A stretch of DNA of 64,000 bases from Cyanobacteriota bacterium (GCA_046052125.1 JBJOMY010000002.1:448001-512000); one strand, 5' to 3'. Numbered from the stretch's first letter, positions 29,601-40,507 are shown. Made by a program: numbers and translations. The notes: a model not told the origin generated them from the sequence alone.

Positions 29601-29893
29601 CGCTGCTCGAGCTCAAACACCCGCGTGGTGGATCCACTCAGCCGGCGGTGCGCCAGGGCCAGGCCCCAGACGCACTGAATCGAATACACACAGTCGCGCA
29701 CCCAGGCATCGCCGTAGTTGCCGTGCACGGTGTGGGCGGTGCTGGCGGGCAACAGGCCCGTGATCGGATGCTGGCGCTGCACCACCACCCGCTCAATCTG
29801 GCCATCGAGCTCCTGCAGGCGCTGCCAGGCTTCCGCGGCGGAGAGCTGCATGGGGCCCATCTGTCCCGCCGTGGGTGCGCTGCTGAGCGTCAT
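26696..29893 (-). CDS. GH15-fold protein, phosphorylase kinase alpha/beta-like
   Basis: DAWVRDCVYS, WGHLQLDAT, DYGIWERGDK, KEVDAACLS, IECEWPLF; start uncertain. Confidence 0.85.
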   Translation of the reverse strand: MTLSSAPTAGQMGPMQLSAAEAWQRLQELDGQIERVVVQRQHPITGLLPASTAHTVHGNYGDAWVRDCVYSIQCVWGLALAHRRLSGSTTRVFELEQRVLQLMRGLLNAMLRQAPKVERFKHSLEPLDALHAKYDTGSGEPVVPDDGWGHLQLDATALFLLQLAQLTRSGLVVVQTSHERDFIQNLVYYVARAYRVRDYGIWERGDKGNHGLPERNASSIGLVKAALEALEGLDLYGPHGNGHCSLHIPHDAIVRLRRALTGLLPRESASKEVDAACLSVIGYPAWAVEDPALVERTRRKIRTELGGPYGYKRFRRDGHQTVVEDHTRLHYEREELAQFEHIECEWPLFLAYELITACCEERWSEAWQWRERLNRVAVDVDGVALLPELYVVPKEAVDAERLNPGSQPRLPNENVPLLWTQSLTWLGDLLLLGLLKPDDLDPSGRRLSCPLGADQVLVSFVPAREHIATALEQAGLAVTRPGQVAIASSAELGERMAAVGANPRLGLSGHPPLRMETMVTARLYRQGGQPLAFLPAVLEESTYYLSDDPELLVDAVESEISQLQRHWRGAGAPVLLIPVEEGPFQRSAESFLRLGERLRSGLVNGVAVQLAPLQELMEQASWAELPVHAQPQGQPRNQPAPTLLRASTEQQPLTAEEEQELEESGLDALTERLWQSQSLPEQAELLEQLVHRLGLEAELSGPGGCATPRALLEEIYRRALADANWNVVRRCAGSLGLVHPQLEDALTDLLVRQKQVVVGRNYTNESLLSQPTGSLAIAAMIQRFSGEDGREWMLQQELLLALDGVARQEPALLSGSLTLQLGQLLLLLTSELAGERDLTPIEAFEALCDEPPHAIRRRLQQVLRDVEHAKAALQRKEQLHVSGRVRWEAPDPLEELPKSGCWLKHRERMGALQIVPRNFHPGIWELLHHCRGLVIGDKLERRNRLESALLKEKTPGERNFATHVEHLLSKIEAAEYRRLCVETLITLIAFVDANPQVRFDDDLALDVVIGHAVRVGWQQQHPEQPTEEYPTHKAEAWDGFYRSSPAQCRRWQLLALKELAELQPA

Positions 29894-29958
29894 AGGCGCA
29901 ACGGAAATGGGCTGCAGCCATAGATTCTCCCGCGTGGCCTCTGCGCTCAATGGCATCA

Positions 29959-30717
29959 ATGGCGACGGATGCGGCTCGCACTGGCTTTACGGGCGCTGGT
30001 GAACCTCCGTCCTGGACGGTGACGCAGGTGCTCGGCGTGCAGGTGGCGGTCTGCGCCAACGTGTTTGCGGCGGCGCTGGAGCTGAAGCAGCGCGGGGGCG
30101 GCCAGATCGTCACCCTCAACGCTGAGATGACGATGGCCGCCAAGGCCGACCCTGCTCTTGGCGGTGCGATCGCCCAGGCCGATCTGGTGATTCCGGATGG
30201 CGCCGGTGTGGTGTGGGCCCTTGGACGCCAGGGTTATCGCGTGCGCCGCAGCCCCGGGATTGAGCTGGCCCGGCAGTTGCTCGTGTACGCAGCGGCCCAC
30301 CGCTGGCGGGTGGCTCTGGTGGGGGCCAGCCCGGAGGTGATGGAGCTACTCGTGGCTCGGCTGAAAGCAGAGATCCCTGATCTTGATCTGGCCTTTGCGA
30401 TCCACGGGTATCAGAACCCTGAGCAGTGGCCTGGCATTGAGCAGCAACTGCAGCAGGCCCGTCCCGATCTCGTGCTTGTGGCTCTAGGAGTGCCCCGCCA
30501 GGAAACCTGGATCCAGCGGCTCCATCAAGACCAGCCCGGCCTCTGGATGGGAGTGGGCGGCAGTTTTGATGTCTGGTCGGGCACCAAGCAGCGGGCACCG
30601 CACTGGATGGGCCGCTTGCAGATCGAATGGCTGTATCGCCTGATTCAGGAGCCCAGCCGCTGGCGGCGGATGCTCGCCCTTCCGGCGTTCGCTTGGGCGG
30701 TGTTGCGCCGAGGCTGA
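29959..30717 (+). CDS. WecB/TagA/CpsF glycosyltransferase
   Basis: IVTLNAE, IPDGAGVV, VALGVPRQE, GVGGSFDV, EWLYRLIQEPSRWRR. Confidence 0.93.
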   Translation: MATDAARTGFTGAGEPPSWTVTQVLGVQVAVCANVFAAALELKQRGGGQIVTLNAEMTMAAKADPALGGAIAQADLVIPDGAGVVWALGRQGYRVRRSPGIELARQLLVYAAAHRWRVALVGASPEVMELLVARLKAEIPDLDLAFAIHGYQNPEQWPGIEQQLQQARPDLVLVALGVPRQETWIQRLHQDQPGLWMGVGGSFDVWSGTKQRAPHWMGRLQIEWLYRLIQEPSRWRRMLALPAFAWAVLRRG

Positions 30718-30800
30718 TTCACGAGGCAACCGAAAGAGCTCACAGCAAAAAGCGGCCGGAGCATCGCCCCAGCCGCCGATGGTGTTCAAGCCGAATCGCT

Positions 30801-30944
30801 TCAGCGGAAACCGACCGAGGCCTGCCAAACAAACGCCAGAAGCAGGAACAGCAGCGGAATGATCGGCAGGATGTCCACCAGGGGGCCGAAGGCCTGATAG
30901 GCCTCGGGCAGCTGGGCCAGGGTCTGCAGGGCGTAGGCGGCCAT
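30801..30944 (-). CDS. psbK: Photosystem II protein K
   Basis: Manual translation [47 protein letters not shown]. Confidence 0.97.
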   Translation of the reverse strand: MAAYALQTLAQLPEAYQAFGPLVDILPIIPLLFLLLAFVWQASVGFR

Positions 30945-30974
30945 CCCGGAATGTTCGTTGGCTAGAGGCGGACG

Positions 30975-32123
30975 CTACCACGTGTGCGCGGCTGGAGAGT
31001 CCGCTTCCCAGGGAGCGAAATCCTCTGCAAAACAACCATCGCGGATCGCTTGCGCCATGGCGCTGCTGAAGCGCACCAGCTGGGTGATGTTGTGCAGGCT
31101 GAGCAGGATCTTGCCCAGCAGTTCGTCGGTCTTGATCAGGTGGTGCAGGTAGGCGCGGCTGTGCACCGTGCAGGCCGGGCAGCTGCAGCTGGGATCGAGG
31201 GGTGTGTGGTCGTGGCGGAAGCGGGCGTTTTTGAGGTTCCAGCGTTCGCCGCCCACCAGGGCTGCGCCATGGCGGCCTAGGCGGGTGGGCAGCACGCAAT
31301 CAAAGAGGTCGAAGCCGTTGGCCACGGCGATCGCCATCTCCGGCAGCGTGCCCACACCCATCAGGTAGTGGGGTTTGTCGTCGGGGAGCAGCGGCCCCAC
31401 CTGGCGCACGATGCGGTGCATCTCCTCAGCGGGCTCGCCCACGCTTACGCCGCCCACGGCGATGCCCGGCAGTCCCATCGAGCTCACCACCCGCGCCGAC
31501 TCCTCGCGCAGATGCGGGAAGCAGCCCCCCTGCACGATGCCGAACAGGGCCTGATCGGCCTTGGTGTGGTTGCTGATGCAGCGCTCCAGCCAGGCATGGG
31601 TGCGGCGGCAGGCGGCGGCCACATCGGCCTCCGTGGCGGGGTAGGGCGGGCACTGGTCGAAAGCCATTGCCACATCGGCGCCCAGGGTCATCTGGATCGC
31701 CATCGAGCGCTCGGGGGTGAGGTCGATGCGGGCGCCATCGCGGGGGGAGCGAAACACCACACCCCGGTCGTTGATCGTGTTGATCTCGCCCAGGCTGAAC
31801 ACCTGGAAGCCGCCGGAATCGGTGAGCATCGGCCCGTCCCAGGCCATGAAGCGGTGCAGGCCGCCGCCGTCGGCCACGATCTGCTCGCCGGGCTGCAGGT
31901 GCAGGTGGAAAGTGTTGGAGAGCACCATCTCGGCGCCGGTGGCCTTGAGCTGCGCTGGTGTCACCCCCTTCACCGTGGCCAGGGTTCCCACCGGCATGAA
32001 CCGCGGCGTATTCACCACGCCGTGGGGGGTGTGGAAGCAGCCGCAGCGGGCGCGGGTGTTCGGGCAGTGGGCCGTGATCTCGAACGCGAACACCGGTGAG
32101 GCGGCAGGATTAGCTGCATCCAT
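30975..32123 (-). CDS. tgt: tRNA-guanine transglycosylase
   Basis: [46 protein letters not shown] zinc site. Confidence 0.96.
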   Translation of the reverse strand: MDAANPAASPVFAFEITAHCPNTRARCGCFHTPHGVVNTPRFMPVGTLATVKGVTPAQLKATGAEMVLSNTFHLHLQPGEQIVADGGGLHRFMAWDGPMLTDSGGFQVFSLGEINTINDRGVVFRSPRDGARIDLTPERSMAIQMTLGADVAMAFDQCPPYPATEADVAAACRRTHAWLERCISNHTKADQALFGIVQGGCFPHLREESARVVSSMGLPGIAVGGVSVGEPAEEMHRIVRQVGPLLPDDKPHYLMGVGTLPEMAIAVANGFDLFDCVLPTRLGRHGAALVGGERWNLKNARFRHDHTPLDPSCSCPACTVHSRAYLHHLIKTDELLGKILLSLHNITQLVRFSSAMAQAIRDGCFAEDFAPWEADSPAAHTW

Positions 32124-32134
32124 CGTTGCTGGCC

Positions 32135-32920
32135 GTGGCCAAGGCCCACTCCCGTGGCGGCTGGCTGGGGGATCTTGCCGGCGCCTGGATCTTCTACAGC
32201 GTGTTGCCGCTGCCGCCGGGGATCACACCGCGCTTTGAGCGCATCGCCCGTTTCGCCCCCTGGGTAGCGCTGGTGATCGGTGGGCTGGAAGCGTTGCTCT
32301 GGCAGGGGTTGAGTGGAGCTGGCCTGGTGGCTCAGCTCGCGCTGGTGTTGGCCCTGGGCACGTGGCTCAGCGGCGGGCTGCACCTGGATGGCGCCATGGA
32401 CACCGCCGATGGCTTGGCTGCCGGCCCTCAGCGCTGCCTCGAAGCCATGGACGACAGCCGTGTGGGCGCCAGTGGGGTGCAGGCCCTGTTGCAGTTGATG
32501 GCCCTGCGGGTGGGTGGTTTGGCGCTGTTGGCGGCGGCGGCTCCCTGGGGGTTGGTGTGGGCTGCGGTGTGGGGCCGGGTGGCACCTCTGCTCGCGATGC
32601 AGTTGTTTCCTTATTTGCGCGCTGGCCAGGCGGGTACAGCGGCCTTTCACCGGGAGCACTGGCGCGGCTTCCTGCCGGAGTGGGCGCCGGCTCTGTTGCT
32701 GTTGGGCTGGCTCAGCGGCCTGGCGCTGCAACTGCAGGCCGGGTCGTGGTGGTGGCTGGGCTGGCTTGGGCTGGTGCCGGCGCTGCTGGTGCCTTGGTGG
32801 TTGGGGCGCAAACTCGGCGGCCACAGCGGCGATAGCTACGGCGCCTGCGTGGAGTGGACCGTGAGCTGGAGCCTGCTGCTGATGGGCCTGATCAGGCTCT
32901 GGTCTGGAGCGGCAGCCTGA
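32135..32920 (+). CDS. cobS: Adenosylcobinamide-GDP ribazoletransferase (cobalamin synthase)
   Basis: [34 protein letters not shown]. Confidence 0.92.
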   Translation: MAKAHSRGGWLGDLAGAWIFYSVLPLPPGITPRFERIARFAPWVALVIGGLEALLWQGLSGAGLVAQLALVLALGTWLSGGLHLDGAMDTADGLAAGPQRCLEAMDDSRVGASGVQALLQLMALRVGGLALLAAAAPWGLVWAAVWGRVAPLLAMQLFPYLRAGQAGTAAFHREHWRGFLPEWAPALLLLGWLSGLALQLQAGSWWWLGWLGLVPALLVPWWLGRKLGGHSGDSYGACVEWTVSWSLLLMGLIRLWSGAAA

Positions 32921-33998
32921 GCCGGAAGGCGTTCCCGCCCTCAGGGAGCCGCGCGTTAACGGCGCTGGCGGGCACCACCAGCTCCAGCTCGCCCCCCAGG
33001 CTCCGGGCCAGGTCGCGGGCCAGGGCCAGGCCCAGCCCGCTGCCGTCCAGCTGAGCGCCGCTGGAGCCCCGCTCACCTTTGGCGAAGATCCGCTCGCGCT
33101 CTTCGCTGGGGATCACAGGCCCGCTGTCCCAGATGCTGAGCTCCAGGGCGTCGCTGATCCCGCAATGCAGCCCGATGGCGCCGCCGGCGCAGCTGTAGCG
33201 GAAGGCGTTCTCCAGCAGGTTGGCCACGATTTCGGAGAGGGCGCTGCCGTCGCCTCGCCAGGGGGGGAGTGCATTCGGTGCCTCCCAGGGGCGCCCCTGC
33301 AGATGGGCCGTGGCTGCGGCGCGCTCCAGCAGGGGGCGCAGGATCTGCTCAAGGGCCTGGGGCTCCCCCTGGCTGAGGCTGGCGGGGAGCAGCAGTGGTG
33401 GTGTTGCGTTGTCTGCGCTCACCAGGGCCGGTGCTTCGGCGAGCTGGTCGATCGCCTCCACATAGCGGTTCAGTTGTCCTTGCTCGCTGAGCAGGCTGTC
33501 CACCAGGGCGAGGTTGCGGGCATCGCCATCCAGGCGTCGCCGCAGCAGTTGGCCGAAGGTGCGCAGGGCCGCTAGGGGGTTGCGCAGCTGATGCACCAGC
33601 AGCCGCAGTTGGTCGTCGCGATGGTTGAGTTCGCGGCCCAGGCGCTGTTGCTCCATGTCGAGCCGGAGCGCTTCGGTGAGGCAGCGGGCCGTGGCTTCAA
33701 GGCGTTCGCTGAGGCTTTCGGGCCAGGGCCAACGATCTGCATCCACCCGCAGGGCACCGAGCAGGAGGGCGTCATCGCGCAGGGCCAGCCAACGGCGCGT
33801 TTCCACCGAGCTGTCATCGCTGCCACTGCGTTCGCTCAGGGCCAACGAGCGGGGCCAGTGGCCGATCGCCATCAGCGAGGGCTGGCCGGTGGGTTCGGGG
33901 ATGGCCACGTACACCACCAGCCCCCGCAGATCAGGACGATCCGTGAATTGGGCCAGCTGCTGCTCGAGTAGGGCCAGAAACCGCTTGGAGACCTGCAT
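32892..33998 (-). CDS. Sensor histidine kinase (Hik2-like)
   Basis: HQLRNPLAAL H-box, NLLENAFRY, DSGP, GSGLGLALA. Confidence 0.88.
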   Translation of the reverse strand: MQVSKRFLALLEQQLAQFTDRPDLRGLVVYVAIPEPTGQPSLMAIGHWPRSLALSERSGSDDSSVETRRWLALRDDALLLGALRVDADRWPWPESLSERLEATARCLTEALRLDMEQQRLGRELNHRDDQLRLLVHQLRNPLAALRTFGQLLRRRLDGDARNLALVDSLLSEQGQLNRYVEAIDQLAEAPALVSADNATPPLLLPASLSQGEPQALEQILRPLLERAAATAHLQGRPWEAPNALPPWRGDGSALSEIVANLLENAFRYSCAGGAIGLHCGISDALELSIWDSGPVIPSEERERIFAKGERGSSGAQLDGSGLGLALARDLARSLGGELELVVPASAVNARLPEGGNAFRLRLPLQTRA

Positions 33999-34339
33999 CT
34001 GAGCGGGGACTGGGGGTGCAGTCAGGGCTGAGTCAGAGGGGGTCCCAGCGGAAATTTCCCAGGATGTGTTCGAAATCTGGGAAAAAGTCTTAAGATTCTG
34101 GGTATCGACCAATACCTCGCGGTCCGGGATCGGGCGGCGCGGCGATCGGACTTCCGGTTTCGCTTGCAGCTTTCTGCAAACGAGGCTACAGCAGTGGGTG
34201 TTGCGTCCTCTGCTGATCGGAACGGTGCCGTCGCACCGCCCTCCCGGCTTGCAGGTGTGTGGGCGTTGCCGAGGCCTCAGGCTCGTCGCCGATCCTCACC
34301 GTCCGTCTCCATCCACCCTGCCCGAAAGGGCCTAGCTCT

Positions 34340-34711
34340 ATGTCCAAGAAGCGCAAGCGCATCAGCCGCCGCCGCCTGGCGGGTCAGCGAGTTTTGGCTC
34401 ACGTTGCCACTCACAACCTGGAAACGGGTGAGTACAAGCCCGTGACGGCTGCTCGCCGTTACATCGCTGAATCCAACATCGTGCCGCCGGCGATCCTCAA
34501 CGTCCGTCGCAACGAGCACACCACCGATCGTTTCTTCTGGGGCGAGAAGGGTCTCTTCAGCGCTCAGTACGCCGAGGAGAACCACTTCCTGTTCCCCTCC
34601 CTTCGGGAGATCGTCGATCGCATCGGTGAAGACACCCTGTTCGCCGGCCTTGAAGCACTGGCCGCTGACGATTGGGAAGAGATGGAGGAGTACGAATACG
34701 CCTTCGTGTGA
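34340..34711 (+). CDS. Conserved cyanobacterial protein (DUF3155-like)
   Basis: MSKKRKRISRRRLAGQRVL...RRNEHTTDRFFWGEKGLFSAQYAEENHFLFPSL; strongly biased codons; own terminator. Confidence 0.85.
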   Translation: MSKKRKRISRRRLAGQRVLAHVATHNLETGEYKPVTAARRYIAESNIVPPAILNVRRNEHTTDRFFWGEKGLFSAQYAEENHFLFPSLREIVDRIGEDTLFAGLEALAADDWEEMEEYEYAFV

Positions 34712-34731
34712 CACGAAGCGTTTGCGCTTCC

Positions 34732-34757
34732 AGCCGGCCCTAGAGGCCGGCTTTTTT
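34732..34757 (+). terminator. Rho-independent terminator
   Basis: AGCCGGCC-ctaga-GGCCGGCT followed by T-tract. Confidence 0.85.
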
Positions 34758-34768
34758 CATGGCTGAGT

Positions 34769-35380
34769 TCAGCCCTCGGCGCTGAGCCGTTGGCGCACAA
34801 AGCTGCCGATCTCTGGCAGCACGCTGGCATCGATCGTGTGGCCACCGTTGAACGCCAGTAGCTCGGCGCCTGTGCCGGCCTGTGCCAGCCGCCGCTGCAC
34901 TTCTTCACTGGCGGCGAAGGGCACCACGGGATCCTCCCGGCCATGGCTGAGCAGCACTGGCGCGGTGCCAGCCGCTGGTTGCCAGCCTTCATGGGGATAG
35001 CCACTGCAGGCCACGATCCCCGCCAGGGGGAGGCTGCTGCCCACATCCAGGGCCATGGCGCCACCTTGCGAAAAGCCGAGCAGCACTGTGCGGGCCAAAT
35101 CCACGCTGGTGGCGAGCTCCTCCAGCCTCAGCTTCAGCGCCTCGCGCGCGGCTGGGAGCTGGGACCAGTCGATGGGTTGGAGTCCATACCACTGGCGGCC
35201 AACGCCGTAGGGGTGGGGCTCAGGCGCTCGCAGTGCCACCACACTCACCTCTGGGCCCACCAGGAGGCTGCCCAGGTCGAGCAGGTCGTCGGCATCCGCT
35301 CCCCAGCCATGCAGCAGCACCAGCCGTTGCTGGGCCTCGCTGGGGCCGAGCTGCAGGAGATCCTTCGAGGGGCCGGTCAT
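34769..35380 (-). CDS. Alpha/beta hydrolase (phospholipase/carboxylesterase)
   Basis: LLHGWGAD, GFSQGGAMA, HGREDPVVP, GGHTI. Confidence 0.9.
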   Translation of the reverse strand: MTGPSKDLLQLGPSEAQQRLVLLHGWGADADDLLDLGSLLVGPEVSVVALRAPEPHPYGVGRQWYGLQPIDWSQLPAAREALKLRLEELATSVDLARTVLLGFSQGGAMALDVGSSLPLAGIVACSGYPHEGWQPAAGTAPVLLSHGREDPVVPFAASEEVQRRLAQAGTGAELLAFNGGHTIDASVLPEIGSFVRQRLSAEG

Positions 35381-35435
35381 GGGAGCAAGAGCAGCTGCTG
35401 CGTAGGTTGGATCTTCAGCTGCCCACTCAACAGCC

Positions 35436-37013
35436 ATGGCGCCCACGGCCCTGCTCAGCGTGTCCAATAAGGAAGGGCTGGTGCCCCTGGCTGAAGGACT
35501 GCTGGCCGCCGGCTACCAGCTGATTTCCAGCGGTGGCACCGCCTCGGCTCTGGCAGCGGCTGGACTACCCGTCACCAAGGTGGCGGAGCACACCGGCGCT
35601 CCCGAAATCCTCGGCGGCCGGGTGAAGACCCTGCACCCCCGCATTCACGGCGGCATCCTCGCCAAGCGCTCGGAGCCTTCCCATCAGGCGGATCTGGAGG
35701 CTCAGGGCATCGCCACGATCGATGTGGTGGTGGTGAATCTCTATCCCTTCCGTGAAACCATCGCCCGGCCGGATGTGAGCTGGGATCTGGCGATCGAGAA
35801 CATCGATATCGGCGGTCCGGCGATGGTGCGCGCTGCCGCCAAGAACCACGCCGATGTGGCGGTGCTCACCAGCCCGAGCCAATACCCCGCTTTCCTGGAA
35901 GCCCTGGCGGCTGGTGCCATCAGCTCCGCCCTGCGCCGGCAGCTGGCGCTTGAGGCCTACAGCCACACAGCGGAGTACGACACCGCCATCAGCAGCTGGC
36001 TGGCCAGCCAGCTCAGCGCTGAAGCGCAGGCCGGCAGCACGGCTGCTCCTGAGCTCAGCCTGAGCCTCCCGGCCCGTCAGAGCCTGCGCTACGGCGAGAA
36101 CCCCCACCAGAACGCCACTTGGTATTCCCAGCCCGGTGCGGGCCTCGGCGCCGGTGAGCAGCTTCAGGGCAAGGAGCTCAGCTACAACAACATCCTTGAT
36201 CTAGAAGCCGCCCTCGCCACGGTTCGCGAGTTTGGCTACGGCGGCCAGCCCGCCGGCGGCAACCCCTTCCAGCCCGCAGCTGTGGTGGTGAAGCACACCA
36301 ACCCCTGTGGTGTGGCCACCGGCACGGGCAGTGCCCATGCCCTGGAGCGGGCCCTCGATGCCGATCGCGTGTCGGCGTTCGGCGGGATCGTGGCGATCAA
36401 TGGGCCGGTGGATGCGGCCACTGCCAGCCATCTCACCAGCTTGTTCCTGGAGTGTGTGGTGGCTCCCGCGTTTGAGCCGCAGGCCCGGGAGCTGCTGGCC
36501 GCCAAGGCGAATCTGCGGCTCCTGGAGCTCGCCCCTGCAGCGATCGAGCGCGCCAGCCGTCAGCAGCTGCGCAGTGTGCTCGGGGGGGTGCTGGTGCAAG
36601 AGCTCGATGATCAGCCCGTGGATGAAACCGCTTGGCAGGTGGTGAGCAAGCGCCAGCCCACCGCCCAGGAGCTCGACGATCTGCGGTTCGCCTGGCGACT
36701 GGTGCGCCACGTGCGCTCCAACGCGATCACCGTGGCCCGCGCTGGCCAGAGCCTGGGTGTAGGCGCCGGCCAGATGAATCGCGTCGGCTCAGCGCGCATT
36801 GCCCTCGAGGCGGCGGCCGACAAGGCCAAGGGTGCTGTGCTCGCCAGCGATGGCTTCTTCCCCTTCGACGACACCGTGCGTCTGGCGGCCAGCCATGGGA
36901 TCACCGCGGTGATCCAACCCGGCGGCAGCGTGCGTGATGCTGAGTCGATCGCCGCTTGCGATGAGCTCGGCCTGGCGATGGTGACCACCGGCCGCCGGCA
37001 CTTCCTGCACTGA
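35436..37013 (+). CDS. purH: Bifunctional AICAR transformylase/IMP cyclohydrolase
   Basis: [54 protein letters not shown]. Confidence 0.97.
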   Translation: MAPTALLSVSNKEGLVPLAEGLLAAGYQLISSGGTASALAAAGLPVTKVAEHTGAPEILGGRVKTLHPRIHGGILAKRSEPSHQADLEAQGIATIDVVVVNLYPFRETIARPDVSWDLAIENIDIGGPAMVRAAAKNHADVAVLTSPSQYPAFLEALAAGAISSALRRQLALEAYSHTAEYDTAISSWLASQLSAEAQAGSTAAPELSLSLPARQSLRYGENPHQNATWYSQPGAGLGAGEQLQGKELSYNNILDLEAALATVREFGYGGQPAGGNPFQPAAVVVKHTNPCGVATGTGSAHALERALDADRVSAFGGIVAINGPVDAATASHLTSLFLECVVAPAFEPQARELLAAKANLRLLELAPAAIERASRQQLRSVLGGVLVQELDDQPVDETAWQVVSKRQPTAQELDDLRFAWRLVRHVRSNAITVARAGQSLGVGAGQMNRVGSARIALEAAADKAKGAVLASDGFFPFDDTVRLAASHGITAVIQPGGSVRDAESIAACDELGLAMVTTGRRHFLH

Positions 37014-37086
37014 GGGCTGCGCTCCACTGGCTCTGGCGGCCCTGAACTAGCTTCGCCAGCAGTCCGCAGTTCATCGCCCGCGCCCC

Positions 37087-37551
37087 ATGCCGGAAGCTCT
37101 CGCCTTCAACCTCAACTTCCTGCATCCGCTGGCGATGTGGGCCCTGCTGGCCCTCAGCGGCTACGCGATGTTTCTGGGCATCAAGGCCAAGAAAACCCGC
37201 ACCGCTGATGCCGAAACCCGCAAGACCCTGATCAAGGGGCAATTCGCCAAACGCCACTACCTCTATGGCAGTGCCGTGTTGGCGGTGATGGTCCTCGGCA
37301 CGTTCGGTGGCATGGCCGTCACCTACCTCAACAACGGCAAGCTGTTTGTCGGTCCTCACCTGCTGGTGGGCATCGCCATGAGCAGCATGCTCGTGGTGGC
37401 AGCGGCCCTTTCACCGCTGATGCAGCAGGGCAACCTGATTGCCCGCAAGATCCACGTGGGCCTGAACATGGGTGTGGTAACCCTGTTCCTCTGGCAGGCC
37501 GTGACCGGCATGCAGATCGTGAACAAGATCTGGGAAAACCGCCCCGCCTGA
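37087..37551 (+). CDS. DUF4079-like membrane protein
   Basis: LHPLAMW...GKLFVGPHLLVG...IHVGLN; four TM helices with His. Confidence 0.8.
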   Translation: MPEALAFNLNFLHPLAMWALLALSGYAMFLGIKAKKTRTADAETRKTLIKGQFAKRHYLYGSAVLAVMVLGTFGGMAVTYLNNGKLFVGPHLLVGIAMSSMLVVAAALSPLMQQGNLIARKIHVGLNMGVVTLFLWQAVTGMQIVNKIWENRPA

Positions 37552-37568
37552 CGCCTTCGGGCGACTGC

Positions 37569-38255
37569 TCAGAACTGAGCCCGCCGCCGCGGCGGGCACT
37601 CCAGGTTGTGGGTGCCGTGGAAATCTTCCTGCACCTTCCAGGTGAGTTTGCGGGAGATCTGGCGCACGATCTGACGTAGCAGGTGATCGCCGCTGTTCTG
37701 CACCAGTGATTCCGGCAGCAGTCCGATCACCGCAGGCATACGGATCCACACGCTGAGGTCGAGCTCCCAGCGCACCTCCGTGTAGGGCGCGTCGGCGGAT
37801 TGCTCCTCGAGCCTGAGGGCGGCGTTGAACTCCACGTCGTAGAGGTCGCGCAGACCGGGTTGGAACTGCTCCGGCGGCACGGTGCAGATCCGGTAAACGC
37901 CAGCGCTCTGGGGCAGCAGTTCCAGGCCGATGGTGGGCTCCACCTCAAAGCCGAAGTTGCCGAATCGCCCCAGGGTGAGCACGTAGCCATTGCGGCCGAG
38001 AGATTCCACCTGCATCGGCGCGGCGCAGCGCCGGAACCAGCCTTCATGGCGATCGAGGTAGCTCGCCACGGTGTGGGCCGGGGCCCGCATCTCCATCAGA
38101 TCGGCGAACTGGCTGCTGTAGCAGCGCACCCGGTTGTCGTCGCTCTGACGCAGGGGCGGCTGCAGCGCCTCAACGGTCTCAGGCAGAAGTTCGGTCACCG
38201 ATGAGATCAACGCTTGCGGTTCTCCCCGGGCCTGAGGCAGTGATTGTTTAATCAA
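37569..38255 (-). CDS. DUF1997-like conserved cyanobacterial protein
   Basis: YLDRHEGWFRRCAAPM, FEVEPTIGLELLP, KVQEDFH; start uncertain. Confidence 0.78.
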   Translation of the reverse strand: MIKQSLPQARGEPQALISSVTELLPETVEALQPPLRQSDDNRVRCYSSQFADLMEMRAPAHTVASYLDRHEGWFRRCAAPMQVESLGRNGYVLTLGRFGNFGFEVEPTIGLELLPQSAGVYRICTVPPEQFQPGLRDLYDVEFNAALRLEEQSADAPYTEVRWELDLSVWIRMPAVIGLLPESLVQNSGDHLLRQIVRQISRKLTWKVQEDFHGTHNLECPPRRRAQF

Positions 38256-38302
38256 TGTAAAGCCCCGCTTCGGCCCGTTTTGCAGCGGCTGTGACAGCCC
38301 TC

Positions 38303-39523
38303 TCAGGCATCCGCCAGGTCGATCAGGCGGCTGATCACGTCTTCCACCACCCGATCCGGGGTGGAGGCCCCGGAGGTGATGCCCACCCGCAGGGTCCCTT
38401 CCGGCAGGAAGGGCTCCACCAGCTCCAGGTCGGCGTCAAGGGGTTTGTGCTCGATGCGGTTGCCGGGACCGATCCGCTCGGGGGTGTCGATGTGGAAGGA
38501 GCGGATCCCGCGGCTGATGGCGATTTCCTGGAGGTGGGTGGTATTGGAGGAGTTGTAGCCGCCGATCACCACCATCAGATCGAGCGGTTCATCCACCAGC
38601 GCGAACATCGCGTCCTGCCGCTCCTGGGTGGCATCGCAAATGGTGTTGAAGGCCAGGAAGTGGTCGTTGAGTTCGGTGGGCCCGAAGCGCTGCAGCATCG
38701 TGCGCTCGAACAGCCGGCCGATCTCCTCCGTTTCGCTTTTGAGCATCGTGGTTTGGTTGGCCACGCCCACGCGGATCAGGTCGCGATCGGGATCAAAGCC
38801 CGGTGAGCAGGCCTTGGCGAAGCGGTCCATGAAGGCCTGGCGCTGCTCTGGGCTGGGGCCGGAGCCGTTGGCACTGGCCAGGATGTAGTCGCACACCAGC
38901 TGGGCTTCCACCAGGTCGAGCACCACCAGGTAGGTGCCCGCAAAGGAGCTGGTGGCCAGCGTTTCCTCGTGCTTCACCTTGCCGTGGATGATCGAGGTGA
39001 AGGCGTGCTTCTTGTGCTTCTCCACGGTGTTCCACACCTTGGAGACCCAGGGGCAGGTGGTGTCCACGATGTGGCAGCCGCGCTCATTGAGCAGCTGCAT
39101 TTCCTGCACGGTGGCTCCGAAAGCCGGCAGGATCACCACGTCGCCGCTGGCCACATCGGAGAAGTCCTTCACGCCGCCATCCACCTGGATGAACAGCACG
39201 TTCATCTCCCGCAGGTGATCGTTCACCGAGGGGTTGTGGATGATCTCGTTGGTGATCCAGATCCGCTCGGTGGGGTAGTGCCGCCGGGTTTCGTAGGCCA
39301 TCGCCACCGCCCGCTCCACGCCCCAGCAGAAGCCGAAGGCCTCCGCCAGCTTCACGCTCAAGCGGCCGTGCTGCAGCTGGTGGCCGTTTTCGCGGATGCT
39401 GGCGATCAGATCGCTCTGGTAGGCCTGCTCAAGGCTTCCGGCCACTTCTTCGCCCAGGCCGAAGCCGCGGCGGTTGTAGCGATCCGAGTGATGCAGGGAT
39501 CGCTTGAACGCGCGGGTATCCAC
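38303..39523 (-). CDS. ispH: 4-hydroxy-3-methylbut-2-enyl diphosphate reductase
   Basis: [58 protein letters not shown] start. Confidence 0.96.
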   Translation of the reverse strand: MDTRAFKRSLHHSDRYNRRGFGLGEEVAGSLEQAYQSDLIASIRENGHQLQHGRLSVKLAEAFGFCWGVERAVAMAYETRRHYPTERIWITNEIIHNPSVNDHLREMNVLFIQVDGGVKDFSDVASGDVVILPAFGATVQEMQLLNERGCHIVDTTCPWVSKVWNTVEKHKKHAFTSIIHGKVKHEETLATSSFAGTYLVVLDLVEAQLVCDYILASANGSGPSPEQRQAFMDRFAKACSPGFDPDRDLIRVGVANQTTMLKSETEEIGRLFERTMLQRFGPTELNDHFLAFNTICDATQERQDAMFALVDEPLDLMVVIGGYNSSNTTHLQEIAISRGIRSFHIDTPERIGPGNRIEHKPLDADLELVEPFLPEGTLRVGITSGASTPDRVVEDVISRLIDLADA

Positions 39524-39631
39524 GGCGGCGAGATCAGGGCGTTTTAACTCTATGGGGCTCCACCGCGCCGCTTGGGTTGCGCGCTGGTCTGTTTTCGCCC
39601 TACAGATGGCGCAGCGGGTTCCTCGGCACGA

Positions 39632-40507
39632 ATGGTGACGCAGGATCAGCTGGCTGCCCTTGATTTGCTCATCTGGCTCAAGACCACCGAGCAGGCTGCC
39701 CAGCTGGCCTTTTCCAATCAGAGCACGATCTGCCGGCGGACCCAGTCGGTGCTGCGGCAGTTCGGGCTGAAGCTCGAACGTGGTCCCTCCGGCCGCCGTC
39801 CCGCCGGCGATCTGGAGCTCCTGGATCTCGAGCGGCAGGTGCACCAGCAGGCACGCTTTCGTGGACATCACCCCCTGAGGCTGCACGTCCCGTACTGGAC
39901 ACGGCGGGAAGCCCTGCGTGACCTGCCAGAAGGATGGTGCGCTAACCCCTTGTTGCCGGATCTGGTCTGTGACGACCCGGTCACCCTCCTGAGGGAATAC
40001 ATCCTGGATGCCTGCCTGGTGACGCCGACCCAGTTGCCCGCCTGTCAGGACGATCTGGTGTTACTGGACCTCTACCGGCGCCCGATTCAACTGATTCTGT
40101 TTCCGCGTTCGGATGATCATCCGACTGATCTTCGGGATCGGTTCTGGTGGCAGCAGGAGAACGGACAGCTCAATCTGCGGCTGCTGCCGTTCCTGCCGGA
40201 GAGCTGTCGGCAGCGTTCCAGCGACTGGTTCAAAGCGCTTGCGGCAGGTCCAGCCGGGTCGTGCCCTGAGCGTCTGCGCCAGCTGGAGCCGTCGCGCTAC
40301 GCCGGCCAGAGTCTCACCGTGGCTTTTTTGACCCCGGAGATGAGAGCGGCACAGGATCTGCCATCGCAGGTGGAGGAAACGGTGCAGCCGTACCCCTATG
40401 TGGAGCGGTTGGCGGTGCTGGCTGAGCATGCGGCTGAACCCGCTGTGTTGCGCTTGCAGGAGCAGCTGCAGGCTCGGTTTGCGCCACAGGCGTTGCCGAT
40501 CGTCTAA
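39632..40507 (+). CDS. Divergent LysR-like transcriptional regulator
   Basis: N-terminal w[33 protein letters not shown]; ~290 aa. Confidence 0.65.
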   Translation: MVTQDQLAALDLLIWLKTTEQAAQLAFSNQSTICRRTQSVLRQFGLKLERGPSGRRPAGDLELLDLERQVHQQARFRGHHPLRLHVPYWTRREALRDLPEGWCANPLLPDLVCDDPVTLLREYILDACLVTPTQLPACQDDLVLLDLYRRPIQLILFPRSDDHPTDLRDRFWWQQENGQLNLRLLPFLPESCRQRSSDWFKALAAGPAGSCPERLRQLEPSRYAGQSLTVAFLTPEMRAAQDLPSQVEETVQPYPYVERLAVLAEHAAEPAVLRLQEQLQARFAPQALPIV

